From contig CAVZMH010000016.1 of NCBI GenBank assembly GCA_963776345.1, positions 288,001 to 352,000 of the forward strand: 64,000 nucleotides of DNA. Reading direction: 5' to 3'. Made by a program: the position numbers and the translations under genes. The DNA is from an uncultured delta proteobacterium (GTDB lineage Bacteria > Myxococcota > Myxococcia > Myxococcales > Myxococcaceae). Of the stretch, positions 53,808 through 63,629 are shown in pieces. Numbering within the stretch: the stretch's first letter is position 1; every line of letters begins with the position of its first letter. Below the pieces are notes generated by a model that worked only from the letters and a program-made list of their open reading frames with translations, was not told the DNA's origin and searched no databases.

Positions 53808-53946
53808 CGGGGTCGCGTGTAACATGGCCCTGGCGGGGACGCAGATCCCCGGGCCCTGCGGGGGCGGTGCGCGATCAGGAGCGGGCGGTCCGCTGATCGC
53901 TCGGGCGGCGGTGTCGGCGCGCGGGGCCTCCTGGTCCCGGCTCAAA

Positions 53947-54064
53947 CGTGGACATAGCAACTTGGTCCCGATTCCCGGACGGCTGGCCGGTGCAAGTGCC
54001 CGAAACCTGGAACCTGGCTCGACAGTTGTTCGCGGCCGAGCGCGCCGAAGTTGCTATGTCCACG
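53947..54064. repeat. 118-bp element with 17-bp perfect terminal inverted repeats
   Basis: CGTGGACATAGCAACTT (53947-53963) and AAGTTGCTATGTCCACG (54048-54064). Confidence 0.8.
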
Positions 54065-54367
54065 ATTGCGCCGGGGGCGAGGCGCCGGCCGCGGCCTCGG
54101 CGCCCTGCGCCCGCACCGCCGCTGATCAGGTTCCCAGGAATCTGGGTCGGCGCGTTCACCCACTTCAAGGACTTCGCGACCGAGGACCGGGGAGGTCGCG
54201 CGCTCATGCGCCTCGACCGGAGCTACTTCGAGGCCGGCGTCCGGCCGGAGGCGCCGCAGTTCGTCGTCATCTACTGGCGGTGGCAGCGAAACCGCCCCTC
54301 GGAGAGCTTCCGGGACGAGTCCGAGCGGCGGTTCGACCCCGGCGGCCGTGGAGGCGCTGCTCGACCG

Positions 54368-55660
54368 CTAGCGGCGGACACTCGGCGCGAGCCGCGACTC
54401 GACCCAGCCCGCGACCGCGAGGAGCGCGCCCTCGGCCCGCGGCGCTCCCACCAGCTGGACGCCGAGGGGGAGCCCCGAGGGCCCCGTCCCCGCCGGGAGG
54501 CTGATGCAGGGGAACCCGAGCAGCGTGACCACGCGGTTGAAGATCGGGTCGCCGGTGCTCGCCAGCCCCTCGGGCGCCTCGCCGGGCGCGCTGGGGGTGA
54601 GCAGCACGTCCACCTCGGCGAGCAGCCTCGTGGCCACCGTCCAGGCCAGCCCGGCCTGGACCTTCGCCGCCCGCACCTCGTCCGCCGACGCGGCGGCGCC
54701 CCGGTCGAGCAGGTCGCGCAACTGAGCGCTGAGCTTCGGCCCCGCGCTCTCCCGGAGGCTCCTCAGCGACCGGGCGGCCTCCGCGGCCATGACCAGCCCC
54801 TGTGCGTCGGCGAGCGGGCCCTCGTCCGGCCCGAGGTCGACGTCCCGGACCGTCGCTCCGGCCCGGGCGAGCTCCGCGGCGACGTGCTCCAGCCGCTCCT
54901 GCATCGCCGGCGTGGCGCGCGGCCACTGCGCGCTCCTCCACAGCGCGATGCGGGGCGGCCCCGAGAGGCGTGGAACCTCCACCGGCGCGCCGAGCCCGGC
55001 GAGCACCGGAGCGACGTCCGCCACTTCCCGGACCAGCACCCCGAGGGTGTCCAGCGACGGTGCGAAGGGGTGCACGCCCTCGAGCGAGAGGAGCCCGTGC
55101 GACGGCTTGAAGCCCACCACGCCGCAGAACGCCGCGGGGCGGACGATCGACCCCGCGGTCTGCGTCCCCAGGGCGGCGGGGACCATGAAGTCGGCCACCG
55201 CGGCCGCCGACCCGCTGGACGACCCGCCCGGGGTGTGCCCCGGGTTCCGGGGGTTCCGCGTGGGCCCGGGGGCGAAGAACGCCAGCTCGGTGGTCACCGT
55301 CTTTCCCAGCACCACCGCACCCGCGGCGCGCAGCGAGCCCACGCAGGCCGCGTCGGCTGCGGGCCGGCGTCCGCGGAAGAGCAACGTCCCGCACTCGGTC
55401 GGGGCGTCGGCGGTGTCGATGATGTCCTTGATTCCCACCGGAAGCCCGAAGAGCGGAGGCCTGGGCGGGCCGGCATCGATGGCGCGTGCCGCGGCGAGCG
55501 CCCGCTCCGGCTCGAGCCAGGCCCAGGCGTGGATTTGCGGCTCGTCCCGGGCGATGCGTTCCAGGCAGGCGCGCACCAGCTCCTCCGAGGAGAGCGTACG
55601 CTGCCGGAGCAGCGCGATCGCCGCCGCTGCCCCGAGCTCCTCCACGGGTCCCGTGCTCAT
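54368..55660 (-). CDS. Amidase signature family protein
   Basis: GLPVGIKD, TPGGSSSGSAAAVA, GTQTAGSIVRPAAFCG. Confidence 0.93.
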   Translation of the reverse strand: MSTGPVEELGAAAAIALLRQRTLSSEELVRACLERIARDEPQIHAWAWLEPERALAAARAIDAGPPRPPLFGLPVGIKDIIDTADAPTECGTLLFRGRRPAADAACVGSLRAAGAVVLGKTVTTELAFFAPGPTRNPRNPGHTPGGSSSGSAAAVADFMVPAALGTQTAGSIVRPAAFCGVVGFKPSHGLLSLEGVHPFAPSLDTLGVLVREVADVAPVLAGLGAPVEVPRLSGPPRIALWRSAQWPRATPAMQERLEHVAAELARAGATVRDVDLGPDEGPLADAQGLVMAAEAARSLRSLRESAGPKLSAQLRDLLDRGAAASADEVRAAKVQAGLAWTVATRLLAEVDVLLTPSAPGEAPEGLASTGDPIFNRVVTLLGFPCISLPAGTGPSGLPLGVQLVGAPRAEGALLAVAGWVESRLAPSVRR

Positions 55661-55780
55661 CGCCCGGCGAAGACTACGAGCCTCGGCGCACCGCGCGCGA
55701 GGGCCACCAGGCAGGCGCGCCCGGGACCGGACGCTCGCCGCATCCTCGGGCGCCGGGGACTCCTCGGTCCCGGCGGGCGG

Positions 55781-56995
55781 TCAGCGGGCTGCGCGGAAGA
55801 ACGCCCGGAGTCGCGGGGCGATGCGCTCCCGGAAGCGCCGGCCGCTGAAGGTCCCGTAATGCCCCGCCCCCTCCTGGAGGTGGTGCTCGTGCCAGTCGCC
55901 GGGGATGGAGGAGCACAGCGCGTGCGCGGCGTAGGTCTGCCCGGGCGTGGTGATGTCGTCGTCGTTCCCCTCGACCGTCATCAGCGCCGTCCGTCGGATG
56001 GCCTCCAGGCGCACCGGATTTCCGCGGTGCAGCATGGTGCCCTCCGGGAGGCTGTGCCGGTGGAACACGTGTTGCACGGTCTCCAGGTAGAACTCCGCCG
56101 GCAGGTCCATCACCGCGAAGTACTCGTCATAGAACTTGCGGCGCTTCTCCGCCGAGGCGAGCTCGCCCTTCAGCACGTCCTTGAACAGGCCGACGTGCGC
56201 GTCCACGTGGCGGTGGGGATCGAGCGACATGAACGCCGACAGCTGCAGGAGCCCCGGGTAGACGCGCCGGCCCGAGCCCGGGTGACCCACCGGCACCCGG
56301 TGGATCACCATCGCCTCCAGGGCCTTGAGCGAGTGCACCCGCGCGAACTGGTTCACCGACGAGGGGTTCACCCGCGTGTCCACCGGGCCCGAGATCAGCA
56401 CCATGCTCGCCGGCTGCGCCGGGTCGCCGGCCTCGGCCATCATCGCGGTAGCGATGAGCACCGGGACCGCCGGCTGGCAGACCGCGAGGACGTGCACCCC
56501 CGGCCCGATCTCCCGCAGGTGGGCGGCCACCAGATCCACGTAGTCGGCGAGGTCGAAGCGGCCCACGGACAGCGGCACCATCCGCGCGTCCACCCAGTCG
56601 GTGATGTAGACGTCGTGGTCCGGGAGCAACTCCCGCACGGTCTCGCGGAGCAGCGTGGCGTGGTGACCGGAGAGCGGCGCCACGATCAGGACCCGCGGGT
56701 CGTCTCGGATGACGTCCCGCTCGAAGCGGAGCAGCCGGCAGAAGGGCGTCTCGTGCACCAGCTGCTCGTGGACCTCGACCTCGCGCCCGTCGATGACCGT
56801 CTTCGTCAGGCCGAACGCCGGCTTCGGGTAGTCGGCCGTCGCCCGCTCGACCAGCTCGGCGGCCGCCGCCAGCGCGCGGACCGGAGGGAGGGCCGCGGCG
56901 GGATTGAAGGGGTGCGTCCACGCCAGGCGGAGCATCGACGCCCAGTCGTGAATCGGACGGGCGAATGCTCGGCTCAGGTCATGGGCGAAGTACAC
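55781..56995 (-). CDS. phaZ: Intracellular PHB depolymerase (PhaZ1 type)
   Basis: VAPLSGHHATLLR, VYITDW, AVCQP catalytic Cys, RRVYPG, VEG.DDIT, GHYG. Confidence 0.92.
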   Translation of the reverse strand: MYFAHDLSRAFARPIHDWASMLRLAWTHPFNPAAALPPVRALAAAAELVERATADYPKPAFGLTKTVIDGREVEVHEQLVHETPFCRLLRFERDVIRDDPRVLIVAPLSGHHATLLRETVRELLPDHDVYITDWVDARMVPLSVGRFDLADYVDLVAAHLREIGPGVHVLAVCQPAVPVLIATAMMAEAGDPAQPASMVLISGPVDTRVNPSSVNQFARVHSLKALEAMVIHRVPVGHPGSGRRVYPGLLQLSAFMSLDPHRHVDAHVGLFKDVLKGELASAEKRRKFYDEYFAVMDLPAEFYLETVQHVFHRHSLPEGTMLHRGNPVRLEAIRRTALMTVEGNDDDITTPGQTYAAHALCSSIPGDWHEHHLQEGAGHYGTFSGRRFRERIAPRLRAFFRAAR

Positions 56996-57051
56996 TGAAC
57001 GCCAGGCTAGGGGCTCCCGGGCTGCCGGTCCAGCGTTTGTTGCCCCGAGGT

Positions 57052-57068
57052 TTGTTGCGACTGCACAA
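57052..57068. promoter_or_regulatory. Putative PhaR operator (imperfect) between divergent phaZ and phaR
   Basis: TTGTTGCGACTGCACAA resembles the palindromes at 57594 and 57767. Confidence 0.55.
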
Positions 57069-57106
57069 TTCGAGGCAGTGGGCGTCTCTCCCACGGAGGA
57101 CCGCCG

Positions 57107-57589
57107 ATGCTGGTCAAGAAGTACGGGAACCGCCGCCTTTATGACACCGAGCAGAGCCGCTACGTCCGGCTCGACGAGATCGCCGAGCGCATCCGCGCCG
57201 GTGCCGACGTCCAGGTGGTCGATGCCAAGTCCGGGTCCGACCTGACCGCGCCCACCCTGGCGCAGATCATCTTCGAGGACCGCAACGCCGCGCGGTTGCT
57301 CCCGGTTCCGCTGCTGCTGCAGCTCATCCGGATGGGAGAAGAGCCGCTCGCCGACTTCCTCGGCCGGTACGTGAGCTGGGCGCTGGAGATGTACCTGCAG
57401 GCCCGATCCGGGCTGGGCGGCCTCTACAACCCGTTCTCGGCCCTCCGGCCCTTCCCCACCCCTGCCTCGCAGGAGCGCCCGCGGGGGCCCGAGCCCTCCC
57501 CTGCGGCCTCGGACGAACTCGGGGTGCTCCGCCGGGAGGTGGCCGCGCTCCGTCGCAGCCTGAAGCGGAAGCCGCCGCGCCGACGATGA
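57107..57589 (+). CDS. phaR: PHA synthesis repressor
   Basis: KKYGNRRLYDTEQSRYV, VVDAKSGSDLT..LAQII. Confidence 0.92.
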   Translation: MLVKKYGNRRLYDTEQSRYVRLDEIAERIRAGADVQVVDAKSGSDLTAPTLAQIIFEDRNAARLLPVPLLLQLIRMGEEPLADFLGRYVSWALEMYLQARSGLGGLYNPFSALRPFPTPASQERPRGPEPSPAASDELGVLRREVAALRRSLKRKPPRRR

Positions 57590-57593
57590 ATTC

Positions 57594-57645
57594 TGTTGCA
57601 CTGCAACACAGCGGCCCTTGACTCGCCTCCGGTGGGTGTTACACG
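57594..57645 (+). promoter_or_regulatory. Operator palindrome plus sigma70-like promoter, copy 1
   Basis: TGTTGCA-C-TGCAACA (57594-57608), then TTGACT-16 bp-TACACG preceded by TG. Confidence 0.65.
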
Positions 57646-57766
57646 ACCAGGGTACGGAACCCTGCGAGGAGAGGACGATGACTCAGAAGAATAGCCCTGG
57701 ACGTGCCCGGCGATCGACGCCGGGAGGTGGCGGGCCCGAGGTGGAGACGGCCGCGCCGCCGGCGCG

Positions 57767-57820
57767 TTTTGTTGCGTTGCAACAAAAGTCACTTGACACC
57801 CCTTTCCCCGGTGTTACACG
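57767..57820 (+). promoter_or_regulatory. Operator palindrome plus sigma70-like promoter, copy 2
   Basis: TTTTGTTGC-GTT-GCAACAAAA (57767-57787), then TTGACA-16 bp-TACACG preceded by TG. Confidence 0.7.
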
Positions 57821-57854
57821 AATGAGGAACCCGGGTGGTCCGGAGGAGAGAACC

Positions 57855-58127
57855 ATGGATCAGAAGACCGTTTTTACGCAGATGCAGCAGTTCGGTAACG
57901 AGTGGCTGAAGCTGGTGGCCGAGTCCACCAGCCGCTTCACCGCGGCGCTGGCCGAGGTGGAGAAGTTCGAGAAGCAGGGCGTCGCCCAGGCCGTCTCGGC
58001 CCTGGACGAGGCCGGCCGCGTGGCCAAGGAGGCCCTCAACGCCAGCGAGCAGATGAGCGCGCAGTGGCGGAAGGCGATCAACGAGGCCGCGAACCGCACC
58101 CTCGAGCTGGTCACCCCGAAGAACTAG
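57855..58127 (+). CDS. Probable phasin (PHA granule-associated protein)
   Basis: 90-aa Ala/Glu/Gln-rich amphipathic helical protein; strong RBS; preceded by operators and followed by a terminator within the pha cluster. Confidence 0.7.
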   Translation: MDQKTVFTQMQQFGNEWLKLVAESTSRFTAALAEVEKFEKQGVAQAVSALDEAGRVAKEALNASEQMSAQWRKAINEAANRTLELVTPKN

Positions 58128-58147
58128 TCGGCACAACCGTTGACACC

Positions 58148-58200
58148 CCGGCGGGTCCCCTGGCGTCATCTCGGCGCGAGGTCGACCCGCCGGTTTTTTT
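58148..58200 (+). terminator. Rho-independent terminator after the phasin gene
   Basis: CCGGCGGGTC...GACCCGCCGG followed by T7. Confidence 0.7.
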
Positions 58201-58238
58201 CAGTCGATCCTCGCCCAGGTCCTGAAGGGGGTCGTCCG

Positions 58239-60218
58239 ATGTCTCCCGCGTCGGTGAGCAAGGTCGCGAGCCTCGACGAGGCGGTGGCCCTGGTGCAGCC
58301 CGGAAACACGCTCGCCACCTCGGGCTTCGTCGGCATCGGGACTCCCGATGGGCTGCTGGAGGCCCTGGCACGCGCCTACCAGACCCACGGCCGCCCCGGG
58401 GAGCTCACCCTGCTCTTCGCCGCCGGCCAGGGCGACGGCAAGACGCGCGGCCTCAACCGCCTCGCCGTCCCGGGGCTGCTGAAGCGGGTGGTGGGCGGAC
58501 ACTGGGGGCTCATCCCCCGGGTCGGGGCGCTGGCGCTGGCCGGGGAGATCGAGGCCTACAACCTCCCCCAGGGCTGCATCTCGCACCTCTACCGGGACAT
58601 CGCCGCGGGCAAGCCGGGGACGCTCTCCCGGGTGGGCCTGGGGACCTTCGTGGATCCGCGACACGGCGGCGGGAAGGTGAACTCCCGCTCCACCGAGGAC
58701 ATCGTCGAGCTGCTGCAGATCCACGGCGAGGACTGGCTCCTCTACCGGGCCTTCCCCATCGACGTGGTCTTCCTGCGCGGGACCACCGCCGACCCGGGCG
58801 GCAACGTCACCATGGAGCGCGAGGCGCTCACCCTCGACAACCTGGCCATGGCCATGGCCGCGAAGAACAGCGGCGGGGTGGTCATCGTCCAGGTGGAGCG
58901 CCTGGCCCAGGCCGGCTCGCTCCCCGCCCGGAGCGTGAAGATTCCGGGCGCGCTGGTGGACTGCGTGGCCGTGGCCAGCGGCGAGTACCACGCCCAGACC
59001 TACGCCACCGCCTACAGCCCGGCCTTCTCCGGCGAGCTGCGCGTGCCGCTGGAGACGTTGCCACCTCCGCATCTGGACGGCCGCAAGGTCATCGGCCGGC
59101 GCGCGGCGTGCGAGCTCGTCCCGGGCACGCTCATCAACCTGGGCATCGGGATGCCCGAGTCCGTCGCCGGCGTGGCGGCGGAGGAAGGTCTCCTCCCCCT
59201 GCTCACCCTCACCGCCGAGCCGGGGGTGATCGGCGGGCTGCCCGCCTCCGGGCTGAACTTCGGCGCGGCGGTGAACACCGAGGCGCTCATCGACCAGAAC
59301 CAGCAGTTCGACTTCTACGACGGAGGCGGCCTGGACCAGGCCTACCTGGGCATGGCCCAGGTGGACGCGGCGGGCAACGTCAACGTGAGCCGCTTCGGGT
59401 CGACCTTCTCCGGGTGCGGCGGGTTCATCAACATCAGCCAGAACGCGCGAAAGGTCGTCTTCGTCGGGACCTTCACCTCGGGCGGGCTCACCCTGGAGAT
59501 CGGCGACGGGCGCCTGCGCATCCTCCAGGAGGGCCGGAACCGGAAGTTCCTCCCCGCGGTGGAGCAGGTCACGTTCAGCGGCAAGCGGGCCCGCGAGCTG
59601 GGGCACGAGACCCTCTACGTCACCGAGCGCGCCGTGTTCCGGCTGACCGACTCAGGGCCGCGGCTCGAGGAGATCGCCCCCGGCGTCGACCTGGAGCACG
59701 AGGTGCTCGGCCAGATGGAGTTCACCCCGGAGATCAAGCGGCCGCTGGGGACCATGGACCCGCGCCTGTTCCGGGCCGAGCCGATGGGGCTGCACCGGCT
59801 CATCGAGGACCGGCCGCTCGCCTCGCGCTTCGAGTTCGACCCGCAGCGCGAGGTCCTCTTCATCAACTTCGCCGGGCTGACCATCCGGAGCGAGGCGGAC
59901 CTGGAGGCGATCGCCGCCACGGTGAAGGAGGTCTGCGCCCCGCTCGGACGGCGGGTCCGGGCGGTCGTCGACTACGACGGGTTCAGCGTGCCCGCTCACC
60001 TGGCGGATGCCTACGCCGAGCTGGTCCGGGAGCTCACGGAGCGTTACTACGAGCGCGTGACCCGGTACACCTCCAGCGCGTTCCTGCGCCTGAAGCTGGG
60101 CGCCACCCTGCAGGCCCACCACGTGGATCCCGAGCTCTTCGACACGCAGCGCCGGGCGCTCGAGTCCCTCAAGCGAAGGCGGCAGTCCCGGCATCCGCCG
60201 GCTGGGAGTCACGAATGA
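58239..60218 (+). CDS. Family I acyl-CoA transferase (Pct/YdiF type) with an extra C-terminal domain
   Basis: [32 protein letters not shown] catalytic Glu region, [27 protein letters not shown]. Confidence 0.9.
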   Translation: MSPASVSKVASLDEAVALVQPGNTLATSGFVGIGTPDGLLEALARAYQTHGRPGELTLLFAAGQGDGKTRGLNRLAVPGLLKRVVGGHWGLIPRVGALALAGEIEAYNLPQGCISHLYRDIAAGKPGTLSRVGLGTFVDPRHGGGKVNSRSTEDIVELLQIHGEDWLLYRAFPIDVVFLRGTTADPGGNVTMEREALTLDNLAMAMAAKNSGGVVIVQVERLAQAGSLPARSVKIPGALVDCVAVASGEYHAQTYATAYSPAFSGELRVPLETLPPPHLDGRKVIGRRAACELVPGTLINLGIGMPESVAGVAAEEGLLPLLTLTAEPGVIGGLPASGLNFGAAVNTEALIDQNQQFDFYDGGGLDQAYLGMAQVDAAGNVNVSRFGSTFSGCGGFINISQNARKVVFVGTFTSGGLTLEIGDGRLRILQEGRNRKFLPAVEQVTFSGKRARELGHETLYVTERAVFRLTDSGPRLEEIAPGVDLEHEVLGQMEFTPEIKRPLGTMDPRLFRAEPMGLHRLIEDRPLASRFEFDPQREVLFINFAGLTIRSEADLEAIAATVKEVCAPLGRRVRAVVDYDGFSVPAHLADAYAELVRELTERYYERVTRYTSSAFLRLKLGATLQAHHVDPELFDTQRRALESLKRRRQSRHPPAGSHE

Positions 60219-61985
60219 AGGTGCTCGAGCTGCCGCAGCGTCCCCAGCCGGTCGAGGAGGCCGACGCCGCCCCTGCCGCCCGCGCCTCAGGTGGGCAACA
60301 AGATGCGCGGGGGGCTGCGCCGCGTCGCCGACGAGTTCCTCGACCGGGTGGACCCGGTGGGCTTCGGGCGGGCGCTCGGCACCGAGGCGGCCGGGCTGGT
60401 CCGCCATCCGCTCTCCACCGCCAGGGCGCTGGCCCACTGGTCGAACGGGGCGCTCGTCGCCGCCGCGGTGAGCGCCGCCCGGGCCGTGGGCGCCACCCCC
60501 GCGGGTCCGATGCCCGTGCCGGAGAAGGACCGGCGCTTCGGCGACCGGACCTGGTCGGAGAACGCCCTGTTCTTCTGGCTGCTCCAGCAGCACCTGCTCC
60601 GGGAGCAGCTGGCCCGCGAGCTGCTCGAGGCCGCCGACCTCGACGAGGTCACCTTCCGGAAGGCGCGGCTGGCGAGCCAGCTCGTCGTGGATGCGCTCGC
60701 CCCCACCAACTTCTTCCTCACCAACCCGGTCGCGCTCCGCCGGGCCTTCGAGAGCGGCGGGCTGAGCGCCGCGCGCGGTCTCCGGATGTGGATGGACGAC
60801 GTCCGGACCCGCCAGGGCTGGCCCCGGCTGGTGAATCGTTCGGGGTTCGTGGTGGGGAAGAACCTCGCCTCCACACCGGGCAAGGTCGTCTACCGCAACC
60901 GGGTGATGGAGCTCATCCAGTACGCGCCCCAGACCGACACCACCTTCTCGGTCCCGCTGCTCTGCAGCCCGCCCTTCATCAACAAGTACTACATCATGGA
61001 CCTGGCCCCCGGCCGGAGCTTCGTCGAGTGGGCGGTGAAGAACGGGCACACCACGTTCTGCATGAGCTACCGGAACCCCGACGTGAGCCTCCGCGACGTC
61101 GGCTTCGGGGACTACCTGATCGAGGGCCCGCTGGAGGCGCTCCGGGTGGTGAAGGAGATCACCGGCGAGCCGAAGGTCAACGTGGCCGCGCTCTGCGTCG
61201 GCGGAACGCTGGCCACGATGCTCGCCGCCTACCTCGAGGCCACCGGCGACAGGTCACTCAACTCGCTGACCCTGATGAACACCCTGGTGGACTTCAGCGA
61301 GCCCGGGCTCCTGGGGGCCTACACAGACCGGCCCACCATCGAGCGCCTGCTCCGGCGGGTCCAGCGGCAGGGGCTGCTCGAGTCGCACGAGATGGCCCGC
61401 ACCTTCAACCTGCTCCGGCCCAACGACCTGTACTTCAACTACTTCGGGTCGGCCTGGATGATGGGCGAGGAGGCACCGGGGTTCGACCTCCTGGCCTGGA
61501 ACGACGACGGGACGCGCATCCCGGCCCGCCTCCTCTCGGAGTACCTGCGGGGCTGTTACCTGGACAACGCGCTCGCCCGGGACGAGATGACCGTCCGGGG
61601 CCAGCGGCTGCGGCTCTCCGCGATCGAGCAGGACACCTTCATCGTCGGGGCGGTGGAGGACCACATCACCCCGTGGCGGTCCGCCTTCCGGACGGCGAGC
61701 CTGTTCGGGGGCAAGGTCCAGTTCGTGCTCAGCAGCTCTGGACACATCGCCGGCGTGGTGAACCCGCCCAGCAAGAACGCAGCCTACTGGCTGCACGAGC
61801 ACCTGCACGACACGCCCGAGGAATGGCAGGTGGCTTCCACCCGACACTCCGACACCTGGTGGCACGTCTGGGCCCGCTGGATCCAGACCCGGGCCGGGGA
61901 GCGCAGGCCTCCGCCGGCGATGATCGGGAGCGACGACCATCCGCCCCTGGCGGACGCCCCCGGGCTGTACGTCACCGAGCAGTGA
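60215..61985 (+). CDS. phaC: PHA synthase; probable frameshift between 60215 and 60291 (alternative start GTG 60291)
   Basis: [35 protein letters not shown] lipase-like box, WNDD, DHITPW, SGHIAG; ATG 60215 overlaps the upstream TGA. Confidence 0.93.
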
Positions 61986-62084
61986 GCCTGGGCGGCGCCC
62001 GGGCCAATCCCGGACGCATTGCGCTCGACGCGGACGACGCGGCGTGTCTTGCTGTGCCTTCAACCGTTTTCTAGGTCAGCGCAC

Positions 62085-62859
62085 ATGCTCGATTCAGCGC
62101 GTCACGCCGGTGAGCCGCTCCTCGAGACCCAGGGACTCACCAAGGAATTCCGTGGCTTCGTCGCGGTGAAGAACGTCAGCCTCACCGTGCGCACCGGGAC
62201 GATTCACGCGCTGATCGGCCCGAACGGCGCAGGCAAGACCACCTGCTTCAATCTGCTCACCAAGTTCCTCACCCCCTCCGCCGGGACCATCAAGTTCAAG
62301 GGCGAGAACATCACCACCGACCGCCCGGCCGACGTGGCCCGCCGGGGCGTGGTGCGCTCGTTCCAGATCTCCGCGGTGTTCCCGCACCTCACCGTGCTGG
62401 AGAACATCCGGGTGGCGCTGCAGCGGAAGCGCGGCCAGTCCTTCGACTTCTGGCGCTCGGAGCGCGCTCTTCGAGAATCTGGAGCCGCGGACGCTCGAGC
62501 TGGCCGAGGCGGTGGGCCTCCAGGACTTCCTGGACGTGCTGGCGGTGGAGCTGTCCTACGGGCGAAAGCGCGCCCTGGAGATCGCCACCACGCTGGCGCT
62601 GGACCCCGAGCTGCTGCTGCTCGACGAGCCCACCGCCGGGATGGGCCACGAGGACGTGGACCGGATCGCCACCCTCATCCAGCGGGTGGGCGCCAGCCGC
62701 ACCGTGCTGATGGTGGAGCACAACCTGAAGGTCGTCGCCAACCTCTCTCAGACCATCACCGTGCTCGCCCGGGGCGAGGTGCTGGCCGAGGGCGACTACG
62801 CGGCGGTGTCGAAGAACAGGGACGTGGTGCAGGCCTACATGGGGGCCGACCATGCCTGA
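62085..62859 (+). CDS. Liv-type ABC ATP-binding protein (LivG-like); frameshift near 62470
   Basis: GPNGAGKTT and RSFQ in one frame; LSYGRKRALEIA, LLDEPTAG and VEHN in the next. Confidence 0.9.
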
Positions 62860-63595
62860 GCCGGCGACCGCCGCCCCGGCGCCCGAGGCGGCCACCCGCG
62901 CGCTCCTGCACGTCGAGGGGCTCCAGGCCTGGTACGGCGAGTCCCACATCCTCCACGGCGTGACGCTCGAGGTCCGCCCCGGCGAGCTGGTGACCTTGCT
63001 GGGCAGGAACGGCGCGGGGAAGACCACCACCCTCCGCTCGCTGATGGGCATGGTGCCGCGCCGGGAGGGGTCGGTGGTGCTCGACGGCAAGGAGACCATC
63101 CGTTTCCCGCCGCACCGCATCGCCCGGCTGGGGATGGCCATCTGCCCGGAGGAGCGGGGCATCTTCGCCAGCCTGAACGTCGAGGAAAATCTCCTGTTGC
63201 CCCCCCAGATTCGTGCCGGGGGCATGCCGGTGAGCGCGGTCCTGGAGCTCTTCCCCAACCTCCAGGAGCGGATGGCCAGCCAGGGGACGAAGCTGTCCGG
63301 CGGCGAACAGCAGATGCTGGCCATCGGGCGCATCCTCCGCACCGGGGCGCGCCTGCTCCTGCTGGACGAGCCCACCGAGGGCCTGGCGCCGGTCATCGTG
63401 CAGCAGATTGGCGCCACCATCCACCGGCTGAAGGCGGAGGGGTTCACCATCTTGCTGGTGGAGCAGAACCTCAGGTTCGCCGCGTCCATCGCCGACCGTC
63501 ATTACGTGATGGACCGCGGCCGCGTGGTGGACGAGATTCCCGCCGAACGTTTCCAGTCGAGCATGCCCCAGCTGCAGACGTATCTCGGTGTCTAG
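62852..63595 (+). CDS. Liv-type ABC ATP-binding protein (LivF-like)
   Basis: GRNGAGKTT, LSGGEQQMLAIGR, LLDEPTEGLAP, VEQN. Confidence 0.93.
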   Translation: MPEPATAAPAPEAATRALLHVEGLQAWYGESHILHGVTLEVRPGELVTLLGRNGAGKTTTLRSLMGMVPRREGSVVLDGKETIRFPPHRIARLGMAICPEERGIFASLNVEENLLLPPQIRAGGMPVSAVLELFPNLQERMASQGTKLSGGEQQMLAIGRILRTGARLLLLDEPTEGLAPVIVQQIGATIHRLKAEGFTILLVEQNLRFAASIADRHYVMDRGRVVDEIPAERFQSSMPQLQTYLGV

Positions 63596-63629
63596 CCTTC
63601 CTTCCGCACCTCTCCAGGAGCACCTCTCC

